The notes: generated by a model not told the origin, from the letters alone. A DNA stretch of 64,000 nucleotides from Candidatus Magasanikiibacteriota bacterium (GCA_963802255.1 CAWDHY010000001.1:427842-491841); one strand, 5' to 3'; positions 19,655 to 28,642 are shown, counted from the first letter of the stretch. Numbers and translations are program-made.

Positions 19655-21730
19655 ATGCTAAGTAGACTGCTGACAATTTTTTCCATCGTATTACTGCTTT
19701 TTTTTAATTTGGAATATTGGCATTTTTCCTGGCTGGGATGGCTGGTATTGCCGATATATTTTTGGTTTATATCAGACGGTTTTGAAAAAGCGCTGATAAA
19801 ATTTTTTAATTTCTCGCCGAACGCAAGAACAAAGTTATATGGCGCTTTTTTCGGTTTTATTTTGCTTGGTTGGTTGTGCGGCGCTCTAATTGTTTTTTAT
19901 AAACTTACCCCTGTTTTAATTTCTACAGCAATGGTCATAGTCGGATTAATCTCTCAGATACTTGACAATTGGGCGACGAAAGCAAAAAATACGGAAATTT
20001 CCGAAACTGTTCAGGAAGAAATTATTGAAATACCACAAAGCAAAATATATCTTTGGGCCTATTTTATTTTTTTTATTTTTGGATTAGTTTTGCTTTGGCA
20101 ATGCCGCACCGGACGCGAGATAGAAACTCCCTGGCAGGTGGTTCCGGTTAATTTTATTTATTTATTTTTTTTAGCGGCATTGACTTTGGGCGGATTATTT
20201 TTTTCCAAGCTTAAAACAAAGACACTGCTATTTTTAATTGTCCTGCAGACGTTTATGATGGCCGCATATCTGCCTATGTCCCATAAGTTATTTTATGGAG
20301 CAGATGGATGGCGGCACATTGCTTCAATGGAGCGTATAATCGCCGAAGTACCGTTGTCAGCGCAAAATTATGCAATGGACTCAAGCTGGATAAGCCGGCT
20401 GGATCCGGGACTTTTTTCATATAGTCAATTTTGGGGATCACTAAGCACTCTTTCCCGTTTGTTGAATGTCGGATTAATTCCTTTGACCGCATGGTTTCAG
20501 CCTTTGCTTTTCTCGCTTCTTATACCGCTGTTGCTTTATGAGATCGGTGTTTCGCTTGGCTGGGGGAAAAGGAAACCGCTTCTTTTTGCCTGGTTCGGAT
20601 TATGGCCCTTTGCTTTTCAGGCGGCGAGTTCTTTTTCTTTGCCCGTGAATTATGGATTTATAATATTTCTATTTTTATTACTGTTGCTCTTGAAAAGAGG
20701 AGAAGGCAAACGCCATGAGCAGGTGTTTATGTTATTAGCTCTGGGCGTTTTTTCTTTCTTCGGGTACGCTTTGTATTTTATTATATTTTGGGTTTCATGG
20801 TTTCTTTTTGAATTCTTAAATAGAAGAAAATGTGAGAAGCCCGCTTTAAGAGGAAAGATTATCTATGCGGCAATAATCTTTTCAGCTGTAGTTTTTATTC
20901 CGGTAATTGAACTGACAGCCGGTTACGCAAAATTCAGCGCGGTCAGTAACATTGCTTCCTCATCAGCCCAGGCGATAGGAAATTTTTCGGGTTATTACTT
21001 GGCCAATGGTCCGCGTCCGCATATTATTGAAAGGGGAAATGTTTTTTTTAACCAAACCCCGTCATATTTATTTTTTCCGAATGCTTTGACTGCGTGGCGT
21101 TGGTGGATTCCGGCATTCATGATAATGATATTTTGCGCGATGATTTTTGGCCTGATTAAATTTTTTAGAAGTACAATTGCAAATGAAAAGTGGCTGGCGA
21201 TTTTAGGGGTGGGTATTTATGGTGGCTATATTATCAGCAGATATTTTTTTTCCGGCGATAATATTTTAAGCAGACGGCTTGATGTTGTATTGGCTTTTTT
21301 TGGGATAATATTTTTATTTAAAGCGGTCGAAAAGGTCTTTGATAAAAATCAGTTCGCTTCTCTTTTGATCCTCATTGTCGGTTCTGTGGCGATTGCCTCA
21401 TCATATTCGCTTGGCCCGGTATCGCGGGCGATGAGTGTCGCCGAATATGAAACTGCCGGTAAGGTATGGTCGGAGATTAAGCAAGATGATAAATATTGCG
21501 TGGTGGCTGACACTTATCAACTACTTGCGCTTGAAGCCGTATCCGCAAAAAAAGTAATTGGCGGAGGATTCCCGATTGACAAAAATTTTGGCCAATCCGA
21601 GTTGGTTTCTTTATATAAAGATTTTATCAATACACCAAGCGAGGCGCTTTGGCAAAAAACGGCGCAACTAACCGGTGCGGATAAATGCTATCTGATTATT
21701 AATAATAATATTGAAAGTAAAAATTTTTAA
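19655..21730 (+). CDS. Large polytopic membrane protein, possible GT-C fold
   Basis: Many TM helices, loop motif GADGWRH, soluble C-terminal domain. Confidence 0.6.
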   Translation: MLSRLLTIFSIVLLLFFNLEYWHFSWLGWLVLPIYFWFISDGFEKALIKFFNFSPNARTKLYGAFFGFILLGWLCGALIVFYKLTPVLISTAMVIVGLISQILDNWATKAKNTEISETVQEEIIEIPQSKIYLWAYFIFFIFGLVLLWQCRTGREIETPWQVVPVNFIYLFFLAALTLGGLFFSKLKTKTLLFLIVLQTFMMAAYLPMSHKLFYGADGWRHIASMERIIAEVPLSAQNYAMDSSWISRLDPGLFSYSQFWGSLSTLSRLLNVGLIPLTAWFQPLLFSLLIPLLLYEIGVSLGWGKRKPLLFAWFGLWPFAFQAASSFSLPVNYGFIIFLFLLLLLLKRGEGKRHEQVFMLLALGVFSFFGYALYFIIFWVSWFLFEFLNRRKCEKPALRGKIIYAAIIFSAVVFIPVIELTAGYAKFSAVSNIASSSAQAIGNFSGYYLANGPRPHIIERGNVFFNQTPSYLFFPNALTAWRWWIPAFMIMIFCAMIFGLIKFFRSTIANEKWLAILGVGIYGGYIISRYFFSGDNILSRRLDVVLAFFGIIFLFKAVEKVFDKNQFASLLILIVGSVAIASSYSLGPVSRAMSVAEYETAGKVWSEIKQDDKYCVVADTYQLLALEAVSAKKVIGGGFPIDKNFGQSELVSLYKDFINTPSEALWQKTAQLTGADKCYLIINNNIESKNF

Positions 21731-21740
21731 TATATAATTT

Positions 21741-22139
21741 ATGGATTGTATTTTTTGTAAAATCATTGCAGGCGAGATTCCTTGCCACAAAGTATATGAA
21801 GATGAAAATGTCCTCGCGTTTCTTGATATTTTTCCTCACGCCAAAGGTCATACGGTAGTGGTGCCAAAAAAACACATCGGCAGTATTTTTGATTTTTTAC
21901 CGGAAGAACGGATAAATTTTTCAGCCGGCCTGTCCGCTGCCGCCAAGCGGGTAGATGACGTAATTCAACCCGAAGGGATGAATATAGGGATAAATGACCG
22001 TCCGGCGGCGGGCCAGGTAGTTCCGCACGTGCATTGGCATATTTTTCCCCGCTGGAATGGAGACGGGGGAGGATCAGTTCACTCAATTAAAGCTCAGGAA
22101 AAGATTGATGTGGACGAAATCGCTAAGCTTTTCAGTTAA
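21741..22139 (+). CDS. HIT family hydrolase
   Basis: DCIFCKI, AGQVVPHVHWH. Confidence 0.93.
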   Translation: MDCIFCKIIAGEIPCHKVYEDENVLAFLDIFPHAKGHTVVVPKKHIGSIFDFLPEERINFSAGLSAAAKRVDDVIQPEGMNIGINDRPAAGQVVPHVHWHIFPRWNGDGGGSVHSIKAQEKIDVDEIAKLFS

Positions 22140-22171
22140 CACAGCTCGTTTTTTGGTGTATAATAACCGGC

Positions 22172-23968
22172 ATGGCAGATATGATGACAAATCAGGCGGA
22201 CGAAAAAAATCCGCTCTTAACAGTTGACCCAAATGTCAACTATTTTGGGTTAACCAATTACCGCAATCAATACCGTAAATTCGGCGTTAAGCTGGACGAC
22301 CGCCGCCGTCATATGTACGTGGTGGGAAAAACCGGTATGGGAAAAACTACCATGTTGGAAAATATGGTGCTTAATGATATCTATGCGGGGCATGGCGTTG
22401 GTTTAGTGGATCCGCATGGAGATTTTGCGGAAAAAATCATCAATTTCATTCCGGCCAACCGGGTCAATGATGTTGTATATTTTAATCCGGCGGACATAAA
22501 TTATCCGGTTGGATTCAATATGTTTGAGATGGTGAATCCGGAACATAAACACTTGGTGGCTTCCGGACTGATGGGTGTATTTAAGAAAATATGGGTGGAC
22601 ATGTGGAGTTCCAGAATGGAATATATTTTAAATAACACTATTCTGGCATTGCTTGATTTCCCTGATACCACTCTGCTCGGTATCAACCGCTTGTTGGCCG
22701 ATAACGATTATCGCGAACGGGTTGTCAGAAATTTAAAAGATCCGGTGGTTAAAGCTTTCTGGGAGACTGAATTTGCGAATTATAATGACCGTTACAAGCA
22801 GGAGGCGGTAGCTCCGATACAAAACAAGATTGGTCAGTTTTTATCGGCTTCGGTAATCCGAAATATTGTCGCGCAGGTTAAATCTAAAATAAATATCAGG
22901 GAAATAATGGACACTAAGAAGATATTTATTATGAATCTGTCCAAAGGCAGGATAGGGGAAGATAACTCCCGTCTTTTGGGTGGCATGCTTATAACAAAAA
23001 TTCAGCTTTCGGCAATGGAGCGCGTGGACATCCCGGAAAAAGAACGTAAGGATTTCTTTTTGTATGTTGATGAATTTCAAAACTTCGCTACTGAAAGTTT
23101 TGCCAATATTTTATCAGAAGCCAGAAAATACCGGCTCGGTCTGACAATGGCTCATCAGTACATGGAACAATTAGACGAGAAAGTTCTGGCGGCGGTTATT
23201 GGTAACGTCGGCAGTTTAATTACTTATAGAGTAGGGTCAACGGATGCTGAAATTTTGGTAAAAGAATTCGCGCCTATTTTTACGGAAGAGGACCTGGTAA
23301 ATCTGCCGAAGTTTAATATTTATTTGAAATTGATGATAGATGGTGTTTCATCACGCCCATTTTCGGCGCTGTCAATGCCGCCGATCGGTTCGTCTACCGA
23401 TAGCGCGGAAAGAGTAGTTCGCGTTTCCAGAGAGCGTTATGGTACACCACGTGAAAAAATTGAGGAAAAAATTATGCGTTGGAGCGGTATGGAAGCGGGT
23501 GGTCCGGACGATGATGATAATATTGATCAAAAAACTGAAACCGGCGCGCATATTCCGGTCATGGTGAACGGCGAAGCACCTAAAAAACTTGGTGATTTTA
23601 TTAAAAAGGAAGACCAAAAAGAGCCGGAAAAAAAATATTCTCCACAAAAGCCGAAAAGAGACGGTTTTAAGTCTTCAGGAAAACCTGCTTTTAACAAAGA
23701 TAGAAATAAAAGACAAATGAATGAAACACCCAGGCCGGCGCCGCGTCCGGTTAATCAGATAATCGCCGAAGAAAGCTCCGGTTCCGAGATGGTTGTTCCG
23801 GCAATTTCATTAGAAGCCATCCAACCAACAGAAACACCAAAAATAATACTTCAGGAATCTTCGCAAACAGCGCGAACTGAAAGCCGGCCGGCGGAAGATA
23901 CAAAGGTTATCAGGCACGGTCAGGTGGTAAAGTTTGACGATGGCCAGCCAGTTGACTTTTCAGTATAA
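22172..23968 (+). CDS. VirD4/TraD-like (type IV coupling protein/HerA-like) ATPase
   Basis: HMYVVGKTGMGKT Walker A, DPHGD, YVDEFQNF Walker B, EARKYRL, AHQY; low-complexity C-terminal tail. Confidence 0.85.
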   Translation: MADMMTNQADEKNPLLTVDPNVNYFGLTNYRNQYRKFGVKLDDRRRHMYVVGKTGMGKTTMLENMVLNDIYAGHGVGLVDPHGDFAEKIINFIPANRVNDVVYFNPADINYPVGFNMFEMVNPEHKHLVASGLMGVFKKIWVDMWSSRMEYILNNTILALLDFPDTTLLGINRLLADNDYRERVVRNLKDPVVKAFWETEFANYNDRYKQEAVAPIQNKIGQFLSASVIRNIVAQVKSKINIREIMDTKKIFIMNLSKGRIGEDNSRLLGGMLITKIQLSAMERVDIPEKERKDFFLYVDEFQNFATESFANILSEARKYRLGLTMAHQYMEQLDEKVLAAVIGNVGSLITYRVGSTDAEILVKEFAPIFTEEDLVNLPKFNIYLKLMIDGVSSRPFSALSMPPIGSSTDSAERVVRVSRERYGTPREKIEEKIMRWSGMEAGGPDDDDNIDQKTETGAHIPVMVNGEAPKKLGDFIKKEDQKEPEKKYSPQKPKRDGFKSSGKPAFNKDRNKRQMNETPRPAPRPVNQIIAEESSGSEMVVPAISLEAIQPTETPKIILQESSQTARTESRPAEDTKVIRHGQVVKFDDGQPVDFSV

Positions 23969-23979
23969 GGTGCTATAAT
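23952..23979 (+). promoter_or_regulatory. Sigma70 promoter of the CxxC-x17-CxxC gene
   Basis: TTGACT-16 bp-TATAAT with extended TG. Confidence 0.75.
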
Positions 23980-23985
23980 TATTTT

Positions 23986-24121
23986 GCAATTTTTGGGTAA
24001 CACGATATAGTAGTTCCCAAATACAAGCCTGCTTAAAGTGGGATTGCCCCAAAATTGGGGTTGGGTCGATTTAATTAAATTTGTCTCAAAAAACATTTTG
24101 GGAATAATAGATTGGTATCAT
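23986..24121 (+). ncRNA. Candidate structured 5' leader (multi-stem)
   Basis: GUUCCCAAA/UUUGGGAAU closing stem enclosing three hairpins; folded by eye only. Confidence 0.45.
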
Positions 24122-24454
24122 ATGTCATTTGGCGATGATAAACCGAAGTTCAGCGTAGATTTAACCTGTTCCCGTTGCGGAACGCACATCTCTGAACTTC
24201 CGTTTCAGCCGACAGGCGACCGTAAAGTATACTGTGCCGAGTGCAATCGTGCGTATTGGCAAGACAAGCGCGGCAGCGGTTTTGGCGGAGGTAGCCGCGA
24301 CGGTGGACGAGGACGCGGACCGAGTCAGAAATTTCAGGTCAACCTGAATTGCGCTGACTGTGGAAAGCAGATTACCGAATTACCCTTTGAACCAAAGGGC
24401 GATAAACCGGTTTACTGCACCGACTGTCTGCGTACGAGACGCAACGCAGCTTAA
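24122..24454 (+). CDS. Tandem CxxC-x17-CxxC zinc-ribbon protein
   Basis: CSRC..ELPFQPTGDRKVYCAEC and CADC..ELPFEPKGDKPVYCTDC joined by a Gly/Arg-rich linker. Confidence 0.88.
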   Translation: MSFGDDKPKFSVDLTCSRCGTHISELPFQPTGDRKVYCAECNRAYWQDKRGSGFGGGSRDGGRGRGPSQKFQVNLNCADCGKQITELPFEPKGDKPVYCTDCLRTRRNAA

Positions 24455-24460
24455 ACTTCA

Positions 24461-24496
24461 AAAAATACCGTCCGCCAGCTGGTGGACGGTATTTTT
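24461..24496 (+). terminator. Intrinsic terminator
   Basis: AAAAATACCGTCCGCC-AGCT-GGTGGACGGTATTTTT. Confidence 0.85.
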
Positions 24497-24532
24497 ATTG
24501 AAAAAAAATGCAAATCGGATATAATTGATTGT

Positions 24533-25618
24533 ATGAAAGAAAAAAATGCAAATCACCCTAAAGTTTTAGTCGCCATGTCCGGTGGAGTTGACTCATCAGT
24601 AGCAGCCGCGCTTTTAATGCGCGCCGGTTTTGATGTCACCGGAGCTTTTATGGTAAATTTTGATGAAGCGATTGACGACATCGGCGGTAGTTGTTGGCGT
24701 GGTGATTATCAGGATGCGATTCGTGTTGCCGCCAAGCTCGGTATTCCTTTGTTGAGATTAAATTTCACTAAGGAATATAAAAAGATGGTTTTAGATTATA
24801 TGTATCAGGAATATATGGCTGGCCGGACGCCCAATCCAGATGTTTTGTGTAATAAATTTATTAAATTTGGTGTTTGGCTAAAAAAGGCAAAAGAGATGGG
24901 GTTTGATTTTCTCGCGACCGGGCATTATGCCCGTTTAAAACAAAATGGTATTATCAGGCTTACTCAAGCTACGGACAGCAATAAGGACCAAACGTATTTT
25001 TTGCATCAACTAAAGCAAAATCAGTTAAGGAGTACGCTGTTTCCAATTGGCGAATACACTAAATCTCAAGTGCGTTCTTTGGCAAAAAAATTTAGATTGC
25101 CGAATGCGGATAAAGAAGAAAGCATGGGCATTTGTTTTATTGGTGAAGTGCCGATGAAGAAATTTTTGATGAGAAAGATAAAAATTAAAAAAGGGAAAAT
25201 TATTTTAAGCACAGGAGAAATTGTCGGCACGCACGAAGGATTGGCGTTTTACACAATTGGTGAGAGGATAGGCCTGGATATTGGTAAAGGTATTGGTAAT
25301 AAAATGCCAAACGGCAAGGAGCCGGTATATGTTGTCGGAAAAAAAATAAAAGAAAATAAGCTGATAGCCGGTTCAGAAAATGACCCATTGCTTTTTAAAA
25401 AAGAAGCACTTATAAAAAATGTTTGTTGGATTGCTGGACGAGCGCCAAAATTTCCGCTAAAATGTGAAGTGCGACTGCGTCACCGGCAGCCGCTTCAAAA
25501 ATGTGTAATAACGAAAAATAAGGTAAATTTTAGCGCTCCGCAACGGGCGGTGACTCCCGGACAGTTTGCCGTATTCTATTTGAGAGGCGAGTGTTTGGGC
25601 GGGGGAGAAATTAAATAA
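24533..25618 (+). CDS. mnmA: tRNA 2-thiouridylase
   Basis: AMSGGVDSS, TPNPDVLCN, ATGHYA, KDQTYFL, ESMGICF, VTPGQ. Confidence 0.96.
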   Translation: MKEKNANHPKVLVAMSGGVDSSVAAALLMRAGFDVTGAFMVNFDEAIDDIGGSCWRGDYQDAIRVAAKLGIPLLRLNFTKEYKKMVLDYMYQEYMAGRTPNPDVLCNKFIKFGVWLKKAKEMGFDFLATGHYARLKQNGIIRLTQATDSNKDQTYFLHQLKQNQLRSTLFPIGEYTKSQVRSLAKKFRLPNADKEESMGICFIGEVPMKKFLMRKIKIKKGKIILSTGEIVGTHEGLAFYTIGERIGLDIGKGIGNKMPNGKEPVYVVGKKIKENKLIAGSENDPLLFKKEALIKNVCWIAGRAPKFPLKCEVRLRHRQPLQKCVITKNKVNFSAPQRAVTPGQFAVFYLRGECLGGGEIK

Positions 25619-25622
25619 ATAT

Positions 25623-27473
25623 ATGATCACTTCAGCGGAACTGCGTCAAAAATATCTGGATTTTTTTGTTTCAAAGGGGCATAAAATTATTCCTTCTGCT
25701 TCTTTGATTCCTGAAAATGACCCGACTGTTTTGTTTACAACCGCCGGCATGCACCCGTTAGTGCCTTATTTGTTGGGAGAGCCTCATCCCGAGGGAGATC
25801 GCCTGACCAGCGTTCAGAAATGCATCCGCACAAATGATATTGATGATGTGGGCGACAATAGGCACAATACTTTTTTTGAGATGCTCGGCAATTGGTCGCT
25901 CGGTAATTATTTTAAAAAAGATTCAATTGAGTGGAGCTGGGAGTTTTTAACTTCACCGGCTTGGCTTAATTTAGATCAGAGAAAAATAGCGGTAACTGTT
26001 TTTGCCGGCGATGACGATGCTCCTCGCGACGATGAATCGGCAGAGATGTGGAAAAATCTTGGTGTGCCGGAAAATAGGATTGCCTACCTGTCCAAAGTTG
26101 ATAATTGGTGGGGCCCGGCAGGACTGATCGGACCATGCGGTCCTGACACGGAAATTTTTTGGTGGAAAGGGGAAAGTGAATATCCGTCTGATGACAGCAA
26201 TCCGGGTTCAGAGCCTGATAACTGGCTTGAGATTTGGAATAATGTTTTCATGCAATATAATAAAACTGTGGATGGCAAGTATGAGCCTTTACAGCAAAAA
26301 AATGTTGATACAGGCATGGGTTTGGAAAGAACGTTGGTTACACTTAACGGTTTAAACGATGTTTATCAAATTGATACATTTTGGCCGCTGATACAAAAAA
26401 TTGAGCAGGTTTCAGGAAAGGAATATATTGAGAATGCTGACGTAACGCGTTCCATGCGCATAATTGCAGATCATTTGCGGTCGGCGACAATGATAATGGC
26501 TGACGATAAGGGGATTGCTCCGGGCAATGTTGATCAAGGTTATGTTGTCCGACGATTGATCAGAAGAGCGGTGCGGCACGGGCGTTTGATCGGCATGAAT
26601 CAGAATTTTTGCTCTGCGATCGCCGAAGAAGTTATCGATATTTATAAAAATATTTATTACGAATCATTGGAAAATAAGGAGTTTATTTTATTTGAGATCG
26701 GAAAAGAAGAAAGTAAATTTAGAAATACAATTGAGCAGGGGATGAAAGAATTTGAAAAACTTTTAGCCGGTTTCCAGATTGCGTTTGAAAAAATGGGGGA
26801 GAGAGTCGCACAAATTTCAGGTAAGCAGGCATTTAAACTTTATGAGTCATACGGCTTTCCTCTGGAGATGACATTGGAGCTTGCAACAGAAAACGGGCTG
26901 ACGGTTGATGTGGAAGGCTTTGAACATGCATTTAAAGCTCATCAGGATCTATCGCGTGCCGGTGCCGAACAAAAATTTAAGGGAGGGCTGGCGGATGCCG
27001 GTGAAATGTCGGTTAAATATCATACGGCGACTCATTTATTGCATGCGGCACTTCGCGCCGTACTTGGGTCGCATGTTGAACAGCGTGGCAGCAATATCAC
27101 GTCTGAACGTTTACGTTTTGATTTTTCACATCCGGAAAAATTAGACAACGAACAGAAAAAAAATATTGAAGAATTGGTAAATTATGCCATTCAGCACGAC
27201 TATCGCGTTTCGTTTTCGGAAATGACCGTGGCTGAAGCAAAGGAAAACGGGGCCATGGGGTTATTTGAGGATAAATATGGAACCAAGGTAAAAGTATATA
27301 CTGTAGGTGATCCGAATGAAAAACCATCCGCGCATGAAGGATCGCTCGCGTTCAGTAAAGAGATTTGTGGCGGCCCTCATGTAGCAAGTACCGGAGACCT
27401 CGGGATATTTAAAATAGTTAAAGAAGAGGCGGTTAGCGCCGGTGTGCGCCGTATAAAAGCAACGCTTTCATAA
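25623..27473 (+). CDS. alaS: Alanine--tRNA ligase (short form, no C-Ala domain)
   Basis: FTTAGM, HNTFFEMLGN, EIWNNVFMQY, DTGMGLER; editing HTATH and CGGPH; ends at GVRRIKA. Confidence 0.96.
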   Translation: MITSAELRQKYLDFFVSKGHKIIPSASLIPENDPTVLFTTAGMHPLVPYLLGEPHPEGDRLTSVQKCIRTNDIDDVGDNRHNTFFEMLGNWSLGNYFKKDSIEWSWEFLTSPAWLNLDQRKIAVTVFAGDDDAPRDDESAEMWKNLGVPENRIAYLSKVDNWWGPAGLIGPCGPDTEIFWWKGESEYPSDDSNPGSEPDNWLEIWNNVFMQYNKTVDGKYEPLQQKNVDTGMGLERTLVTLNGLNDVYQIDTFWPLIQKIEQVSGKEYIENADVTRSMRIIADHLRSATMIMADDKGIAPGNVDQGYVVRRLIRRAVRHGRLIGMNQNFCSAIAEEVIDIYKNIYYESLENKEFILFEIGKEESKFRNTIEQGMKEFEKLLAGFQIAFEKMGERVAQISGKQAFKLYESYGFPLEMTLELATENGLTVDVEGFEHAFKAHQDLSRAGAEQKFKGGLADAGEMSVKYHTATHLLHAALRAVLGSHVEQRGSNITSERLRFDFSHPEKLDNEQKKNIEELVNYAIQHDYRVSFSEMTVAEAKENGAMGLFEDKYGTKVKVYTVGDPNEKPSAHEGSLAFSKEICGGPHVASTGDLGIFKIVKEEAVSAGVRRIKATLS

Positions 27474-27477
27474 AATT

Positions 27478-27927
27478 ATGGTTGTGAAATTATTCAGATG
27501 GGTCTGGTCGGTAAGGTATCAATTTTTAAAATATTTCATTACCGGAGTCAGTGCGGCCATATTTGATATGGGATCCCTGTATCTGCTTAAAGAATTCGCC
27601 GGCATGAACCCTGTCGTTGCTGTTGTGATTAATCAGATATTTATCATTAATTACGTTTTTTTTATTAATAAGTATTGGTCTTTTCATTCGAACGGGATGA
27701 CCGGCCGGCAGATATTTCGTTTTCTTTTGTTATCATGCTGGAATTATTTATTTGCGATTTCTTGGATGTGGCTTTTTAATAATAAAATCGGGATAAATTA
27801 TTTGCTGGTAAGAATCGCGAATATTATTCTTGCCGTTTCCTGGAATTTTCTTCTCTATAAATATTTTGTTTTTAAAATTGAACAAGCCTCGGACCCTGTG
27901 AATAACGGCAAGTTTATCCAATTTTGA
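27478..27927 (+). CDS. GtrA family membrane protein
   Basis: QFLKYFITG, FFINKYWSF, WNFLLYKYFVF; 4 TM. Confidence 0.88.
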   Translation: MVVKLFRWVWSVRYQFLKYFITGVSAAIFDMGSLYLLKEFAGMNPVVAVVINQIFIINYVFFINKYWSFHSNGMTGRQIFRFLLLSCWNYLFAISWMWLFNNKIGINYLLVRIANIILAVSWNFLLYKYFVFKIEQASDPVNNGKFIQF

Positions 27928-28012
27928 AAAGACCAAAATAATGTATTTTTTGCTTAGTTTAGCCAAAATATTTCATATTAATTCAAAACTTGACAAATTA
28001 AGGCTAAAACGC

Positions 28013-28041
28013 TTGACTAATTTATTAGTTTCCGCTAAAAT
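28013..28041 (+). promoter_or_regulatory. Sigma70 promoter of the infA/alpha operon
   Basis: TTGACT-17 bp-TAAAAT. Confidence 0.75.
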
Positions 28042-28077
28042 AGCCCTAACATTGTTCCGTAATATAAGTTTTTAACA

Positions 28078-28293
28078 ATGGCAAACAAAGACGTCATTGA
28101 GATCGATGGAACGGTTCAGGAATTACTACCTGCCGGAACTTTTCGGATTCGTCTGGAAAGCGGACAGGGAGTTGTGGCCCACTTGGCCGGGAAAATGCGG
28201 CTCAATAAGATCCGCTTGAGTATCGGCGATAAAGTGAAAGTTGCCATGACTCCGTATGATCTGACGAAAGGGAGGATTACTTTCCGTTATTAG
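28078..28293 (+). CDS. infA: Translation initiation factor IF-1
   Basis: [28 protein letters not shown]. Confidence 0.97.
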   Translation: MANKDVIEIDGTVQELLPAGTFRIRLESGQGVVAHLAGKMRLNKIRLSIGDKVKVAMTPYDLTKGRITFRY

Positions 28294-28349
28294 CACAAAT
28301 TGAATTAGAGATATATGGGGCTTTGCCCTATATATAACTAGGTTTGCTC

Positions 28350-28489
28350 GGAAATGATAATTACTTTTCACTTCCTTGCTCGCCCAGAATATCAATCATT
28401 GCGGTGTAGCCTTTTGAATAAAGGGCGTTGATATCGCGGCAATGATTGATATTTTTTGAACAAGAAATTTTTGCAGGCAAAATCATTTC
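28350..28489 (+). ncRNA. Candidate structured RNA (long rod/hairpin) between infA and rpmJ
   Basis: AUAUCAAUCAUUGC/GCAAUGAUUGAUAU 14-bp perfect stem plus nested inner and outer stems. Confidence 0.5.
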
Positions 28490-28506
28490 ACTCATTCATT
28501 TCGATT

Positions 28507-28620
28507 ATGAAAGTTAGAGCATCAGCCAAAAAAATTTGTCAAAAATGCAAAGTAGTGCGGCGCAAGGGCCGGGTGTATGTTATTTGCAGCAACCCGAAAC
28601 ATAAACAGCGCCAAGGTTAA
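28507..28620 (+). CDS. rpmJ: 50S ribosomal protein L36 (not in the ORF track)
   Basis: Manual translation [37 protein letters not shown]. Confidence 0.97.
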   Translation: MKVRASAKKICQKCKVVRRKGRVYVICSNPKHKQRQG

Positions 28621-28642
28621 TTTATTTCAGTAATTCGTGTTT

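Noticed and set aside
22172-23968. Conjugative element around the VirD4-like gene
   Set aside because: No relaxase, VirB or integrase neighbours; context is housekeeping
24038-24121. N-terminal extension of the CxxC protein from GTG 24038 (likewise long starts at 17344, 19624, 24482, 41046, 56215)
   Set aside because: These extensions run through promoters, terminators, leaders or neighbouring genes; downstream ATGs match family N-termini
27897-27922. DnaA-box match (TTATTCACA, minus) with a weak second box near an AT-rich spacer; single near-matches also at ~18895 and ~56286
   Set aside because: Too few boxes, partly inside a CDS, and no dnaA/dnaN nearby; insufficient for oriC
28294-28506. 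tRNA, SRP RNA or CRISPR in the infA-rpmJ spacer; also minus ORF 28126-28395
   Set aside because: No T-loop GTTCRA/CCA cloverleaf, no SRP GGAA domain-IV motif, no repeat-spacer periodicity; the ORF overlaps infA antisense
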